In this document: piece by piece, positions 1 to 9,101 of the stretch | Numbering within the stretch: position 1 is the stretch's first letter | Layout: every line of letters starts with the position of its first letter | From: an uncultured Candidatus Saccharibacteria bacterium | GTDB taxonomy: Bacteria > Patescibacteriota > Minisyncoccia > Phycocordibacterales > PALSA-1337 | Assembly (NCBI GenBank): GCA_964600255.1 | Contig: CAZRIX010000003.1 | Span: 6,476 to 70,475 of the forward strand | Direction of reading: 5' to 3' | DNA: 64,000 bases | The notes under the pieces: model-generated | What the model saw: the letters and a program-made list of their open reading frames with translations, nothing else | What the model was told of the DNA's origin: nothing | Databases searched by the model: none | Program-made: the position numbers and the translations under genes

Positions 1-571
1 TTTTAGATAAAGGACAAAGTCTTTTATAAAAGACAGAGATAAATAAAGTTATCCACAGTTTCGTTTGCATATGTCCTTTACATGTCTTTTAGAATTGCTA
101 TAATGATCCCAGATCAGTTTCGGTTTTAACCGAGGATCACCGAGACAGTTGTTCTTTGGAAAATAAAATTTGGGTAGCACACTCTTTTTAGAATTCGATT
201 CTGAGGAGACGCAACCTTTTCTTGGACTCCCTTGGGTCATTGCATAACTTCGCACTATTAAATTTTTGGGAGTTATTATGCACCACCCTCTTAGTCTGGG
301 GATCGTAGTCAGCTTCGTTGGGCTTTTGGACCTGTGGGTCCTATGTATTGCCCACCTCGCTATTATCGAGTTCTGTGTTCTTTGTTTCTTTTGTGTAAGC
401 TGTACATGTTCAGTACGTTCATCTAACCTCGAACGTCTTGTGGATGTACAAATTACACTCGTTTCCAACAGTCGCAGGTGTTTGTCTAGCAATCGCGTAA
501 GGTACGCATGATTGTGGGCAGGTACATGCGACTGTTTTTGTTTGTCTGATATCGTTTCACGTGAAAGACAT

Positions 572-604
572 GGCCAATAGAGCTATATTATTAGCCATTT
601 TTTA
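572..604 (+). terminator. Weak intrinsic-terminator-like hairpin (ggccaata..tattagcc, one mismatch) followed by a TTTTTT run. It closes an upstream non-coding GC-richer stretch.
   Basis: Stem-loop plus T-run read directly. No plus-strand CDS lies upstream of it. Confidence 0.3.
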
Positions 605-648
605 ATATTCAGACCGCCGATTCTTCCCTACCAGATAAATAATGTTAC

Positions 649-2127
649 TTATGAAACGTGGTATTTCTTCTTTATTTCCTCAAGATTCTCACTTTCAGCC
701 TCCTTTTTCTTTTCAATACCTTGTTTACCAAGAGCTGTTAGTTCAGCGTCGGGAAGAGATAATAGCTCAGTTGAGCGCTTTTCTAGGTATTCAGCTGTGT
801 TTAGCTTAGGATCCTCAAGTACTTCTTCTAGTAGAGCATTAAGAATAGAGCCTATCTTGGGTCCAGGAGTTACATGTGTAACCTCCATAATACGTTTCCC
901 ATCTATTTTCAGCATTCCTACAGATACAGGATCCACCATAGCTTCTTCAATCATAGCCTTGTATTTCCTTAATCTATATGGATTCTCCTTAGGTCTACCT
1001 GTACCAATACGGTCACATATACGTATATTCATAAGGTCCCAGATGTTTTCACGACCAACATTTGCAATCATGCGTCTTACAGCAGAAAGGGTTATTGTCT
1101 CAGTATCTGAGAAGAACATGTGCCAACGAACCATCTTAACAACCTTATCAATAGTTTTCACAGGAAACTTCAATCTTTCTAGGATAGTCTTTGTTACACG
1201 TGAACCAACCACCTCATGTCCGTAGAACGTTATTTGATTGGTTTCATGTGAAAATCTCTTAGTTTCGGGCTTAGATATATCGTGGAACAGGGCAGATAGG
1301 CGAATATCCAAAGGCCACTCCTTATCAGCTGCATGTTGAAGGGTTCTAAGTAGGTGTTCCCATACATCATAAGCATGAGCCTGGTTTTGACCAACGCCAC
1401 GTGCCTTCAATAGTTCTGGAGAGATGTAGGTAAGAAGATCAAGGTCAGCAAGTAGCTCTATCCCAGCCTTTGGATTCTTTGACATCAATATCTTGGTAAA
1501 CTCGTCACGGATCCTCTCTACTGATATCTTAGAAAGTAGCTTAGAATGGCTCAGTATAGCCTTTCTGGTTTCAATGTTAATCGTGAAACCATGTTCAGTA
1601 GCTAGGCGTGCCGCTCTAATCATACGTAGAGCATCCTCCATGAATCTATCGTCAGCATTACCCACAGCTCTAATAGTCTTGTCTTTTATGTCCTTTAATC
1701 CTCCGAATAGATCAACGATATCCTTGATCGCTCCTTTTGATAGACTCACTGCAATCGCGTTAATCGTGAAATCACGACGTTTTAAATCATCTTCAATACT
1801 TTTACTGAATTTCACTGCATCAGGGTGTCTGTGGTCAGTATAAGAGCTTTCAAGACGGTATGGAGTGACTTCTACAATCTTTAAACTCTCATCCAAAGTA
1901 TTTTCATTAACGACTCCTACCGTTCCATAATCATTTTCATAAAAAGTTTTGGGGAATAGGGGAACGATCTGCTCTGGTGTGGCGTTGGTTGTAACATCCC
2001 AGTCTTTTGGAACCTTGCCTAGTAGTAAGTCACGAGTACAGCCTCCAACTAGATACGCTTCATAACCAGCCCCTTCAAGCCTCTCAACAATATTTACTAT
2101 TTCTTGGGGGATTGCTTGGTTCTTCAT
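649..2127 (-). CDS. cca: CCA-adding tRNA nucleotidyltransferase / poly(A) polymerase family protein with a C-terminal HD domain.
   Basis: N-terminal 'LVGGCTRDLLLG' nucleotidyltransferase motif, 'RRDFTINA', and an HD region ('LFHDISK'). ORF of 492 aa. Confidence 0.85.
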   Translation of the reverse strand: MKNQAIPQEIVNIVERLEGAGYEAYLVGGCTRDLLLGKVPKDWDVTTNATPEQIVPLFPKTFYENDYGTVGVVNENTLDESLKIVEVTPYRLESSYTDHRHPDAVKFSKSIEDDLKRRDFTINAIAVSLSKGAIKDIVDLFGGLKDIKDKTIRAVGNADDRFMEDALRMIRAARLATEHGFTINIETRKAILSHSKLLSKISVERIRDEFTKILMSKNPKAGIELLADLDLLTYISPELLKARGVGQNQAHAYDVWEHLLRTLQHAADKEWPLDIRLSALFHDISKPETKRFSHETNQITFYGHEVVGSRVTKTILERLKFPVKTIDKVVKMVRWHMFFSDTETITLSAVRRMIANVGRENIWDLMNIRICDRIGTGRPKENPYRLRKYKAMIEEAMVDPVSVGMLKIDGKRIMEVTHVTPGPKIGSILNALLEEVLEDPKLNTAEYLEKRSTELLSLPDAELTALGKQGIEKKKEAESENLEEIKKKYHVS

Positions 2128-2178
2128 GAGATTATATTAACACCATTCCTATATTTTTCCAGTAATCGAATATATGAT

Positions 2179-2739
2179 ATGATATCATACAATATGGTTT
2201 ATACTATTCAATTCATCAAAAAAGCTAGAGAAATGAGGCTTTCTGGGGCTAGTCTTTCGGAAATTTCCAGAGAAACTGGTATTGCCAAGAGCACTTTATC
2301 TAATTGGTTGAAAGATATACGCCTAACTAAGGCTCAACAAGGCGATATTGTCGAGAAGAATAAAAATAAGATGAGTAAGGGAAGGCTAAACTCTCTGATT
2401 ACTCGCAAATCCAAGAGGATACATAGGGAAAATAGTATATACACACAAGCTGAGAAGGAGATAGTTGAGTATATGAAGGATCCTTTTTTTAACTACGGAC
2501 TGGCGCTATATACTTTAGGTGGATCAAAGAATGGCAATGCTGTGCAGTTCACCAGTTCAAATAACCAGATCATTAAGGTGATGATTAAATGGATTGAACG
2601 GTATTTAGGAGTGGATGGTGAGTTAATTAAACAAAGGGAATATGGAAGCCATAGAAGAATTGAGATTAGTAGAATAGACGTACTTAGGAGAGTCTTGTCT
2701 TGGCAGAAGCTAATAATTAAGTATTATGATAATCTATAG
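2179..2739 (+). CDS. Hypothetical helix-turn-helix protein; start uncertain (the ORF opens at 2104, overlapping the cca start).
   Basis: Classic HTH 'ASLSEISRETGIAKSTLSNWL' followed by a Lys-rich segment. No recognisable catalytic motif. It sits beside a tRNA cluster. Confidence 0.45.
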   Translation: MISYNMVYTIQFIKKAREMRLSGASLSEISRETGIAKSTLSNWLKDIRLTKAQQGDIVEKNKNKMSKGRLNSLITRKSKRIHRENSIYTQAEKEIVEYMKDPFFNYGLALYTLGGSKNGNAVQFTSSNNQIIKVMIKWIERYLGVDGELIKQREYGSHRRIEISRIDVLRRVLSWQKLIIKYYDNL

Positions 2740-2749
2740 GAGTTGATAT

Positions 2750-2824
2750 GCACCCGTAGTGAAATGGATATCACAAGTGCCTTCGAAGCATTTATTGTAG
2801 GTTCGAGTCCTACCGGGTGCACCA
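2750..2824 (+). tRNA. tRNA-Arg (anticodon TCG), with encoded CCA.
   Basis: Cloverleaf folded by hand. Acceptor GCACCCG/CGGGTGC, D stem GTGA/TCAC, anticodon stem AGTGC/GCATT with loop CTTCGAA, T arm GTAGG-TTCGAGT-CCTAC, discriminator A, then CCA. Confidence 0.8.
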
Positions 2825-2890
2825 GTTTGTGTTAGGGAAGTGGTGAAATAGTTGGAAAAAAATAGATTTAGTATATAATATCGGAATATT

Positions 2891-2961
2891 GCGGGTATCG
2901 TTTAGTGGTAGGACACGTCCTTGCCAAGGATGAGGTAGGAGTTCGATTCTCCTTACCCGCA
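2891..2961 (+). tRNA. tRNA-Gly (anticodon GCC).
   Basis: Acceptor GCGGGTA/TACCCGC, anticodon stem CGTCC/GGATG with loop TTGCCAA, T arm GGAG-TTCGATT-CTCC, discriminator A. No encoded CCA. Confidence 0.8.
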
Positions 2962-3114
2962 CAATAGTTTGTTTGCAGTGCACTATAGACTTTTCATTTA
3001 CACAGATGTATGTGTAAAACACATCAAAACTGTGGATAACTATGGGGACAGTGGGTATAAGACATTCAAAATATGGCTTATATTCGTGTCTTTTGTCTTT
3101 TTACTTATACACAA

Positions 3115-3501
3115 ATGAAAGGTCCGTTTAAACAGAATAATAGAGAAATCGGTAACAGAGGTGAGGACATTGCCTGCTTTTATCTTGCTAAACATGGATA
3201 TTTTGTACAAGAGCGTAACTACTATAAAAAGTGGGGTGAAATAGACATCATTGCGGTCAAAGACGGAATCCTGCACTTTATTGAGGTTAAGTCTGTTGTT
3301 GATAAAGGAAACAAAGGACACAGGCCAGAAGAGAATGTACACGAATTGAAACAAAGAAAACTCAGGAAGATCATCCAGACATATTTGAATAGTCATAAAT
3401 ATGACCCAGAAGCGGAGTTCCAATTTCATGTCATTACGGTTGTGATTAATAATTCAACAGGGAAGGCTAGAGTAAAAATGCTGAAAAACCTGATTCTATA
3501 G
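3115..3501 (+). CDS. yraN: YraN/UPF0102 family PD-(D/E)xK endonuclease-like protein.
   Basis: 'GNRGEDIACFYLAKHGY...EIDIIA...IHFIEVKS' matches the UPF0102 core. Start chosen at the internal Met 'MKGPFKQ'. Confidence 0.7.
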   Translation: MKGPFKQNNREIGNRGEDIACFYLAKHGYFVQERNYYKKWGEIDIIAVKDGILHFIEVKSVVDKGNKGHRPEENVHELKQRKLRKIIQTYLNSHKYDPEAEFQFHVITVVINNSTGKARVKMLKNLIL

Positions 3502-3567
3502 AAAAAACGTTAAATATGCTCCGCCTCTTTGGTTTTCTCAATCATTGTGCTAGTATAGTCGATATAT

Positions 3568-3640
3568 CGGAGCGTGGTGTAACGGCTAACATTCCTCTTT
3601 TGGGAAGAGGCGACTCCGGGTTCGAATCCCGGCGCTCCGA
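3568..3640 (+). tRNA. tRNA-Pro (anticodon TGG).
   Basis: Acceptor CGGAGCG/CGCTCCG, D stem GTGT/ACAT, anticodon stem CCTCT/AGAGG with loop TTTGGGA, T arm CCGGG-TTCGAAT-CCCGG, discriminator A. Confidence 0.85.
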
Positions 3641-3676
3641 CAATTTAATCTTTGTGATATAATTTTCTCATAAAAC

Positions 3677-5047
3677 TTGTTTTTTATGAGAATAAATAAG
3701 TCACCATGGATACAGCAACTAGATCAAGAGAGAAAATCTATTTCTCTTAATAAGGATCTAGATACCGATATAGCTATAGTTGGTGCAGGAATAGCTGGAA
3801 TCTCAACAGCATTCTTTATTTTAAAGTATACAAGTCAAAGAGTGGTGATGTTGGAACAGGGAAGATTGGCTCATGGAGCAACAGGACACAATGCTGGGCA
3901 GGTAGTCGCACGTTTTGAAAGACCATTGGTGGATATAGAGAAAGAATTTGGCTTTGATATGACAAGTGAAGCTATACGATCACTGCAGTCGACTTGGTTA
4001 CTTATAGATGAAATGTACGAAGATGCAGGATTAGATATTGTATTCTCTAAAACAAAGGGTAATATCGGTTATTCTAATCTATATCAGGTACTAAGAGCGC
4101 TTGCTGACTTGGAGTTTGAGGTCAGATCAGGTTTGCAACAGAATACTTTTTGGATTAGTGAGACTGCTCCTTTTTTAGATTCTATACCGAGAATATACAA
4201 GAATCTATATAAGCTGGTACCACAATCTGAGATTTTGAATAGAATGGAAACAAAAGACCAGAGTTTTCATGCTCTATACGCTGATGATGCAGCATGTATG
4301 AATTCAGCTCTGTTCTGTCAGGAAATAGCTGTTTTTTTAATGAAAAAGTACGGAGATAGATTCTCACTATATGAAGAAACAAGGGTTAACAAAATAGTTC
4401 TGAAAGATAAGTACGGCTTACTTGATGTTGAAAAAAATACTATCAATGCCAGTAAGATCATATTGTGTACCAACGGATTTGAGAATTTCGATATAATTAA
4501 CCATGGAGGATTGACTATAAACAAGAACTTCCATCACTTGGTTGGTGGAAAGGTTGGTTATATGTCTGGATACTTAGAAAATATAAACAAGTCTCCAACG
4601 GTAATAGCGTATTGTACTGATGAATATGATCCAGCAGATGCAGAATCAGTATATCTGTACCTAACTAGACGTCCACATGAATATGGTGATAAGAAGCACA
4701 ACCTAGTGTGCATGGGAGGACCTGAGGTGGACTTGGGTGATAAGGCGGAATATATGAGAAATTATGATTACCCAGATGAAATACCAGCAAAAATAGATCA
4801 GTTTATTAAAGAGGAATATAGTGCTGATCCAAAGACAAAGATTGATTATGAGTTCACCTGGCACGGACTTATGGGATATACACCAAACAGGATAAGGCTG
4901 ATAGGGGAGGAACCGAAGAATAGGGTATTACTATATAACCTAGGTTGCAATGGTATCGGTATAATACCATCTGTGTATGGTGGACGTAGAATATCTAGAA
5001 TAATATCAGGTGAAGATCTCAGACCTTCTATCTTTGATCCAAAGTAA
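3677..5047 (+). CDS. FAD-dependent oxidoreductase (DAO / glycine oxidase-like family).
   Basis: N-terminal dinucleotide-binding 'IAIVGAGIAGISTA', about 456 aa, and a C-terminal 'LGCNGIGI' segment of a kind seen in DAO-family enzymes. Confidence 0.65.
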   Translation: MFFMRINKSPWIQQLDQERKSISLNKDLDTDIAIVGAGIAGISTAFFILKYTSQRVVMLEQGRLAHGATGHNAGQVVARFERPLVDIEKEFGFDMTSEAIRSLQSTWLLIDEMYEDAGLDIVFSKTKGNIGYSNLYQVLRALADLEFEVRSGLQQNTFWISETAPFLDSIPRIYKNLYKLVPQSEILNRMETKDQSFHALYADDAACMNSALFCQEIAVFLMKKYGDRFSLYEETRVNKIVLKDKYGLLDVEKNTINASKIILCTNGFENFDIINHGGLTINKNFHHLVGGKVGYMSGYLENINKSPTVIAYCTDEYDPADAESVYLYLTRRPHEYGDKKHNLVCMGGPEVDLGDKAEYMRNYDYPDEIPAKIDQFIKEEYSADPKTKIDYEFTWHGLMGYTPNRIRLIGEEPKNRVLLYNLGCNGIGIIPSVYGGRRISRIISGEDLRPSIFDPK

Positions 5048-5062
5048 TGTTATAATGCATTC

Positions 5063-5512
5063 ATGATAAATAATGTTGTTGATTTCTTTGATAAATTTGA
5101 GGATAGGGTAAGAGGGACTCTAAGTCATTACCCTATAGCCTACACCCTTATCGGCTCTACATCTATAGTATTGTTTTGGAGAGGTGTATGGAATACAGCA
5201 GATGCTTTGATGGAAAAGGGAGGAGTACTTGGTTTCATCTTTAACGAAGGGATAAGTTTGGTTATTGTAACCCTTATACTTCTTGCTACAGGACTTTTCG
5301 TATCATACTTTATTGGAGACGCAATATTGATTTCTGGTTTGAAACAACAGAAAAAGCGCACAGAGAAAACGAAGAAGGACATAGAAGATGAGGAGGAAGA
5401 GATAAAGGCATTAAGAAGTACAATCAAAGAAATGAAGAAAGAGGTTGATGAGATAAGGGATATAGTAGGATCTATAAAAAATATCAGTAAAGATTCAAAT
5501 ATTGGCAATTAG
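5063..5512 (+). CDS. Hypothetical membrane protein with two TM segments and an acidic, Lys-rich coiled-coil tail.
   Basis: Hydrophobic helices followed by 'KKDIEDEEEEIKALRSTIKEMKKEVDEIRD'. Confidence 0.5.
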   Translation: MINNVVDFFDKFEDRVRGTLSHYPIAYTLIGSTSIVLFWRGVWNTADALMEKGGVLGFIFNEGISLVIVTLILLATGLFVSYFIGDAILISGLKQQKKRTEKTKKDIEDEEEEIKALRSTIKEMKKEVDEIRDIVGSIKNISKDSNIGN

Positions 5513-5566
5513 ATAGATTTTTGGTAGTATAGCTTTGTAAATGTAGTTTTCTACTTTTACAAAAAA

Positions 5567-5637
5567 GCGGGGCTAGTTTAATGGTAGAATAGAAGTTTTC
5601 CAAACTTTTGGTGGGAGTTCGATTCTCCCGCCCCGCA
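5567..5637 (+). tRNA. tRNA-Gly (anticodon TCC).
   Basis: Acceptor GCGGGGC/GCCCCGC, D stem GTTT/GAAT with GU pairs, anticodon stem GAAGT/ACTTT with loop TTTCCAA, 4-nt variable loop, T arm GGGAG-TTCGATT-CTCCC, discriminator A. The next CDS start codon follows 2 nt later. Confidence 0.75.
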
Positions 5638-5638
5638 C

Positions 5639-6295
5639 ATGAATAGGGTTATTATCACTGGCGCTAGTCGTGGAATAGGAAAAGCCCTCGCACAGAAGTT
5701 TTTAAGAGAAGGTTTCTTTGTGCTTGGAACATCAATAAATGGTGTACTAGACTATTCCCATAAAAATCTCCAGGCTGTTCAATTGGATTTGTTAGACAGT
5801 AAGAGTATATTAGATGCAAGTAAAATAGTTAATTCAATAGAAGGTAGTTTTGATATTTTAATAAATAATGCAGGTGCACTGTTTGATGACGGAGAAAATG
5901 AAATAGTTATAGATAAGTTAAGAAAGACACTAGAGGTTAATCTAATCGGTCCAATAGATTTTACTCAGAAAATACTTAGTAAAATAAATAATGGTGGACA
6001 TATCGTTAATATTTCTTCATCAGCAGGATCATTAGAGAAGGTTCATCATACGAATTATCCTTGCTACAAAGTATCTAAGGCTGGTTTGAATATGTTTACT
6101 GTGTATTTGTCGCATCTACTAAAAGATAAAGTAACTGTATCGTCAGTTCATCCTGGTAGAGTTAAGACAGAAATGGGTGCTTGGGAAGGGGATATGACTC
6201 CTGATGAGGCTGCTGAATATATTTATAATACAGCCACAAACAAGACTATTGAGTCAGGACAATTCTGGTTTAAAGGAGAAAAGTTTCCTTGGTAA
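5639..6295 (+). CDS. Short-chain dehydrogenase/reductase (SDR) family oxidoreductase.
   Basis: 'ITGASRGIGKALA' Rossmann motif, 'NISSSAG', and a catalytic 'YPCYKVSK' (YxxxK). Confidence 0.8.
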   Translation: MNRVIITGASRGIGKALAQKFLREGFFVLGTSINGVLDYSHKNLQAVQLDLLDSKSILDASKIVNSIEGSFDILINNAGALFDDGENEIVIDKLRKTLEVNLIGPIDFTQKILSKINNGGHIVNISSSAGSLEKVHHTNYPCYKVSKAGLNMFTVYLSHLLKDKVTVSSVHPGRVKTEMGAWEGDMTPDEAAEYIYNTATNKTIESGQFWFKGEKFPW

Positions 6296-6297
6296 TA

Positions 6298-6330
6298 CAA
6301 AAAACCACCTCGATGATAGGTGGTTTTTTG
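6298..6330. terminator. Bidirectional rho-independent terminator between the SDR gene and hup.
   Basis: aaaaACCACCTcgatgatAGGTGGTTTTTTG: 8-bp stem, A-run before and T-run after. Confidence 0.7.
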
Positions 6331-6359
6331 TTTATAAGGGCTCGAGCGAGTCTTTATAA

Positions 6360-6632
6360 TTATTTTACTGCATCTTTCAAAGCCTTTGCAGCTCTGAACT
6401 TTGGAACCTTCATTGCTGGAACCTTAATTGTCTCTCCAGTTCGTGGATTACGAGCATCGCGTGCTGCTCTTTCCTTTACTGAGAAGATACCAAGTCCTGC
6501 AATTGATACTTCATCACCTTTCTTTAGAGAATCGATGATTGAATTGATTACTGTATCAACAGCTTGTTCAGCTTGAACCTTTGTTCCACCCAAGACTGCA
6601 TGTAATGCATCTACAATTCCTGCTTTGTTCAT
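6360..6632 (-). CDS. hup: HU-family DNA-binding protein.
   Basis: 90 aa. 'GLGIFSVKERAARDARNPRTGETIKVPAMKVPKFRAAKALKDAV' matches the HU/IHF arm. Confidence 0.9.
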   Translation of the reverse strand: MNKAGIVDALHAVLGGTKVQAEQAVDTVINSIIDSLKKGDEVSIAGLGIFSVKERAARDARNPRTGETIKVPAMKVPKFRAAKALKDAVK

Positions 6633-6797
6633 AATAATTTATATTAGAATGTTAATAATTTCTAACCTCCACATAATTATATAATATGGCCCTTTTTAAG
6701 CAATAGGGGTAAAATAAGGCCACACTATGTGTGAAATATCAATTTTATGCAGTTAATAGATGTACGGAACAACTCGTCTGCTCGGAATTCATAGGAC

Positions 6798-8330
6798 CTA
6801 TCTTGCAAAATCAGTAACTCTAGTCTCACGAATCAGTGTAACCTTGATTTCTCCTGGGTATTTGAGATCTTTTTCTATTTTTAGCGCTATATCACGAGCC
6901 ATATTTCTAGCTTCTAGGTCGGTAACCTTCTCTGGTGTAACAAAGATACGTATTTCACGGCCAGCTTGTAGGGCATATGACTTTTCTACTCCTTGGAAGT
7001 TGTTTGCTATAGCTTCTAGGTCACCTAGTCTCTTTAGATAGTTCTCAATACTGTCGTGTCTTGCTCCTGGTCGTGCACCTGAGATTGCATCAGCTGTTTG
7101 AACGATTCTTGATTCAACAGTTTCGTATGGGTACTCTTCATGATGAGCTTGCATTGCCTTTACAATATCTTCACTAGCTCCGAATTTCTGTAGGATTCTT
7201 CTACCAATCTCAACGTGACTTCCGGATACTTCATGATCCAAAGCCTTGCCTAGGTCGTGGAGTAGGGCACCGGCCTTTGCTACAGCGACATTCGCACCTA
7301 TTTCCTCAGCTATCATACCTGCAATATGTGACATCTCTATAGAGTGCTGTAGAACGTTCTGGCCGTAACTTGTTCTGAAATGTAATCTTCCCAGTACCTG
7401 TAAGATTCTTGGATCAAGACCAATAACTCCACATTCATACGCAGCTTGCTCGCCTTTTTCCTTTATTATTTTATTTATACTCTGCTGAGCTTCTTCTACA
7501 ACCTTTTCGATCTTTGCTGGCTGAATACGGCCATCCTTTATCAATTCTTCCAAGGCAACCTTGGCAACGTGTCGTCTTACAGGATCAAATGATGAAATGG
7601 TGATCGTTCCAGGTGTATCATCTACGATAACCTCCACACCAGTCATTCTCTCAAATGCCTTGATATTTCTACCTTCTTTTCCGATAATCTTACCCTTTAT
7701 GTCATCACTAGGTATAACGACTGAAGTAGACATGATATCTGATGCAACCGAGTTTGCTAAACGTTGTATTGAGGTTGCTAGAATGTCTTGAGCTTTCTTC
7801 TCTAGTGTTTCCTCGCCATTTTGTTCAAGTTTCTGAATGCGAACCAATAGGTCTTGTTCTGCATTTTTCTCAATACTCTTGAAAAGGGTATCGCGAGCCT
7901 CAGTTTCTGACATCTTGGCAATACGCTCCAAAGCTTGTGCCTTTTCTTGCTCAAGTTTATCCGCTCTCTCCTTTATTAGCTTTATTTCATTGACCTTTTC
8001 CTTTATTTGCTCTACTTCTTTGTCTATATCGCTCTGGCGTTTATCAAGAAAATCCTCCTTTTTTATAAGGCGGGATTCGGTTTGTTGTATCTTCTCTTCT
8101 TTCTCTTTTATGTCTAAACGGGCCTCCTCTAGGAATTTCTTTGATTTAGCATCGGCTTCGCTGGTAATTATCTTGGCTTCTTCTTTTGCAGTTAGAAGCA
8201 TTTCTTTGATCTCGAGTTCCATCGATCCCTTTTTACCCAAAGAGATGATTAGGCGCAGATAGTAACCGATTGCTATTCCGGCTACACCCGCAATACTCAA
8301 GAGTACTGCTACGGTTTTTAATGATGTCAT
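6798..8330 (-). CDS. rny: Ribonuclease Y.
   Basis: N-terminal TM helix, long coiled coil, KH domain ('IIGKEGRNIKAFERMTGVEVIVDD') and HD domain ('HSIEMSHIAG...LLHDLGKA'). 510 aa. Confidence 0.9.
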   Translation of the reverse strand: MTSLKTVAVLLSIAGVAGIAIGYYLRLIISLGKKGSMELEIKEMLLTAKEEAKIITSEADAKSKKFLEEARLDIKEKEEKIQQTESRLIKKEDFLDKRQSDIDKEVEQIKEKVNEIKLIKERADKLEQEKAQALERIAKMSETEARDTLFKSIEKNAEQDLLVRIQKLEQNGEETLEKKAQDILATSIQRLANSVASDIMSTSVVIPSDDIKGKIIGKEGRNIKAFERMTGVEVIVDDTPGTITISSFDPVRRHVAKVALEELIKDGRIQPAKIEKVVEEAQQSINKIIKEKGEQAAYECGVIGLDPRILQVLGRLHFRTSYGQNVLQHSIEMSHIAGMIAEEIGANVAVAKAGALLHDLGKALDHEVSGSHVEIGRRILQKFGASEDIVKAMQAHHEEYPYETVESRIVQTADAISGARPGARHDSIENYLKRLGDLEAIANNFQGVEKSYALQAGREIRIFVTPEKVTDLEARNMARDIALKIEKDLKYPGEIKVTLIRETRVTDFAR

Positions 8331-8467
8331 GCGAATATCAATTCGCCTCTAAGACTCTAACTCAGTGTTATGTCGTTTCTGAATAGTGGAAAATATATCG
8401 GACACAGGTTTCAAGTGATGTAAGGGAACTGAAAAATTAAATTTATAACAAGCTCACTGTATCACTA

Positions 8468-9046
8468 CTAAAGGATTTTGTCTATGATACCGTACTTTCG
8501 AGCTTCTTCTGCATCCATAAAGAAGTTACGATCTACGTCCTTTTCGATTTTTGATAGTGTCTGACCTGTGTTCTTTACTAGCATTTTGTTTAGATTCTCA
8601 CGAGTCTTTAGGATATGCTTTGCGCCGATCTCTATATCTGAAGCTTGTCCTTCCGCACCTCCTAGTGGCTGATGGATCATTACTTCTGAATTTGGCAATG
8701 CGAATCTCTTACCTTTCTTACCTGAAGAGAGGATTAGTGCACCCATTGATGCTGCGACTCCAACACATACAGTAGATACATCGTTCTTGATGTTATTCAT
8801 TGTATCTATTATGGCTAGGCCAGCTGTAACAACACCTCCTGGTGAGTTTACGTATAGTGTTATGTCTTTCTTTGGGTCTTCGGCTTGTAGGAAAAGTAGC
8901 TGAGCAATGACTATGTTTGCTACATGGTCATCTATTGGTCCGGCAAGGAATATAATATTCTCCTTTAATAGTCTTGAGTAAATATCATAAGCCCTTTCTC
9001 CCATACTTGTCTTTTCGATTACTGTTGGTATTAACATGTGTTTCAA
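8468..9046 (-). CDS. clpP: ATP-dependent Clp protease proteolytic subunit.
   Basis: 192 aa. Active-site Ser context '[11 protein letters not shown]' and His context 'MIHQPLGG'. Confidence 0.9.
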   Translation of the reverse strand: MKHMLIPTVIEKTSMGERAYDIYSRLLKENIIFLAGPIDDHVANIVIAQLLFLQAEDPKKDITLYVNSPGGVVTAGLAIIDTMNNIKNDVSTVCVGVAASMGALILSSGKKGKRFALPNSEVMIHQPLGGAEGQASDIEIGAKHILKTRENLNKMLVKNTGQTLSKIEKDVDRNFFMDAEEARKYGIIDKIL

Positions 9047-9101
9047 ATTTAAAATTAAGTAATATTCTCATAATACCTTATGCTTTATTTTTAGCAACAA
9101 T

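Noticed and set aside
49-511. ORFs 49-492 (minus strand, 147 aa) and 266-511 (plus strand, 81 aa) as protein-coding genes.
   Set aside because: Basic, low-complexity, Ser/Arg/Lys-rich translations with no domain-like features, and the two ORFs overlap each other. The region looks more like structured non-coding DNA or RNA.
1-648. Assignment of the first 650 nt to tmRNA, RNase P RNA or SRP RNA.
   Set aside because: I could not find the conserved P4 strands of RNase P, a tRNA-like acceptor/T-arm plus tag ORF ending in an ALAA-type tag, or the SRP domain IV motif. Only a generic 'possible ncRNA' call is justified.
797-1843. Antisense ORFs inside cca (797-1225, 1493-1843). There are similar antisense or overlapping ORFs throughout the window (for example 7837-8262, 12639-13283, 25653-26243, 34734-35279, 47816-48337, 50811-51191, 52787-53221).
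   Set aside because: All lie entirely within well-supported genes on the opposite strand or in an alternate frame. Their compositions are Ser/Ile/Phe- or Gly/Thr-rich, as expected from antisense translation of the real genes.
2104-2739. The idea that the HTH protein is a LAGLIDADG homing endonuclease ('GLALYTLGGSKNG').
   Set aside because: The segment lacks the conserved acidic catalytic residues of the LAGLIDADG motif. Only the HTH can be supported.
2810-3022. 70-aa ORF on the minus strand.
   Set aside because: It overlaps the tRNA-Gly(GCC) gene and the tRNA-Arg 3' end, so it is spurious.
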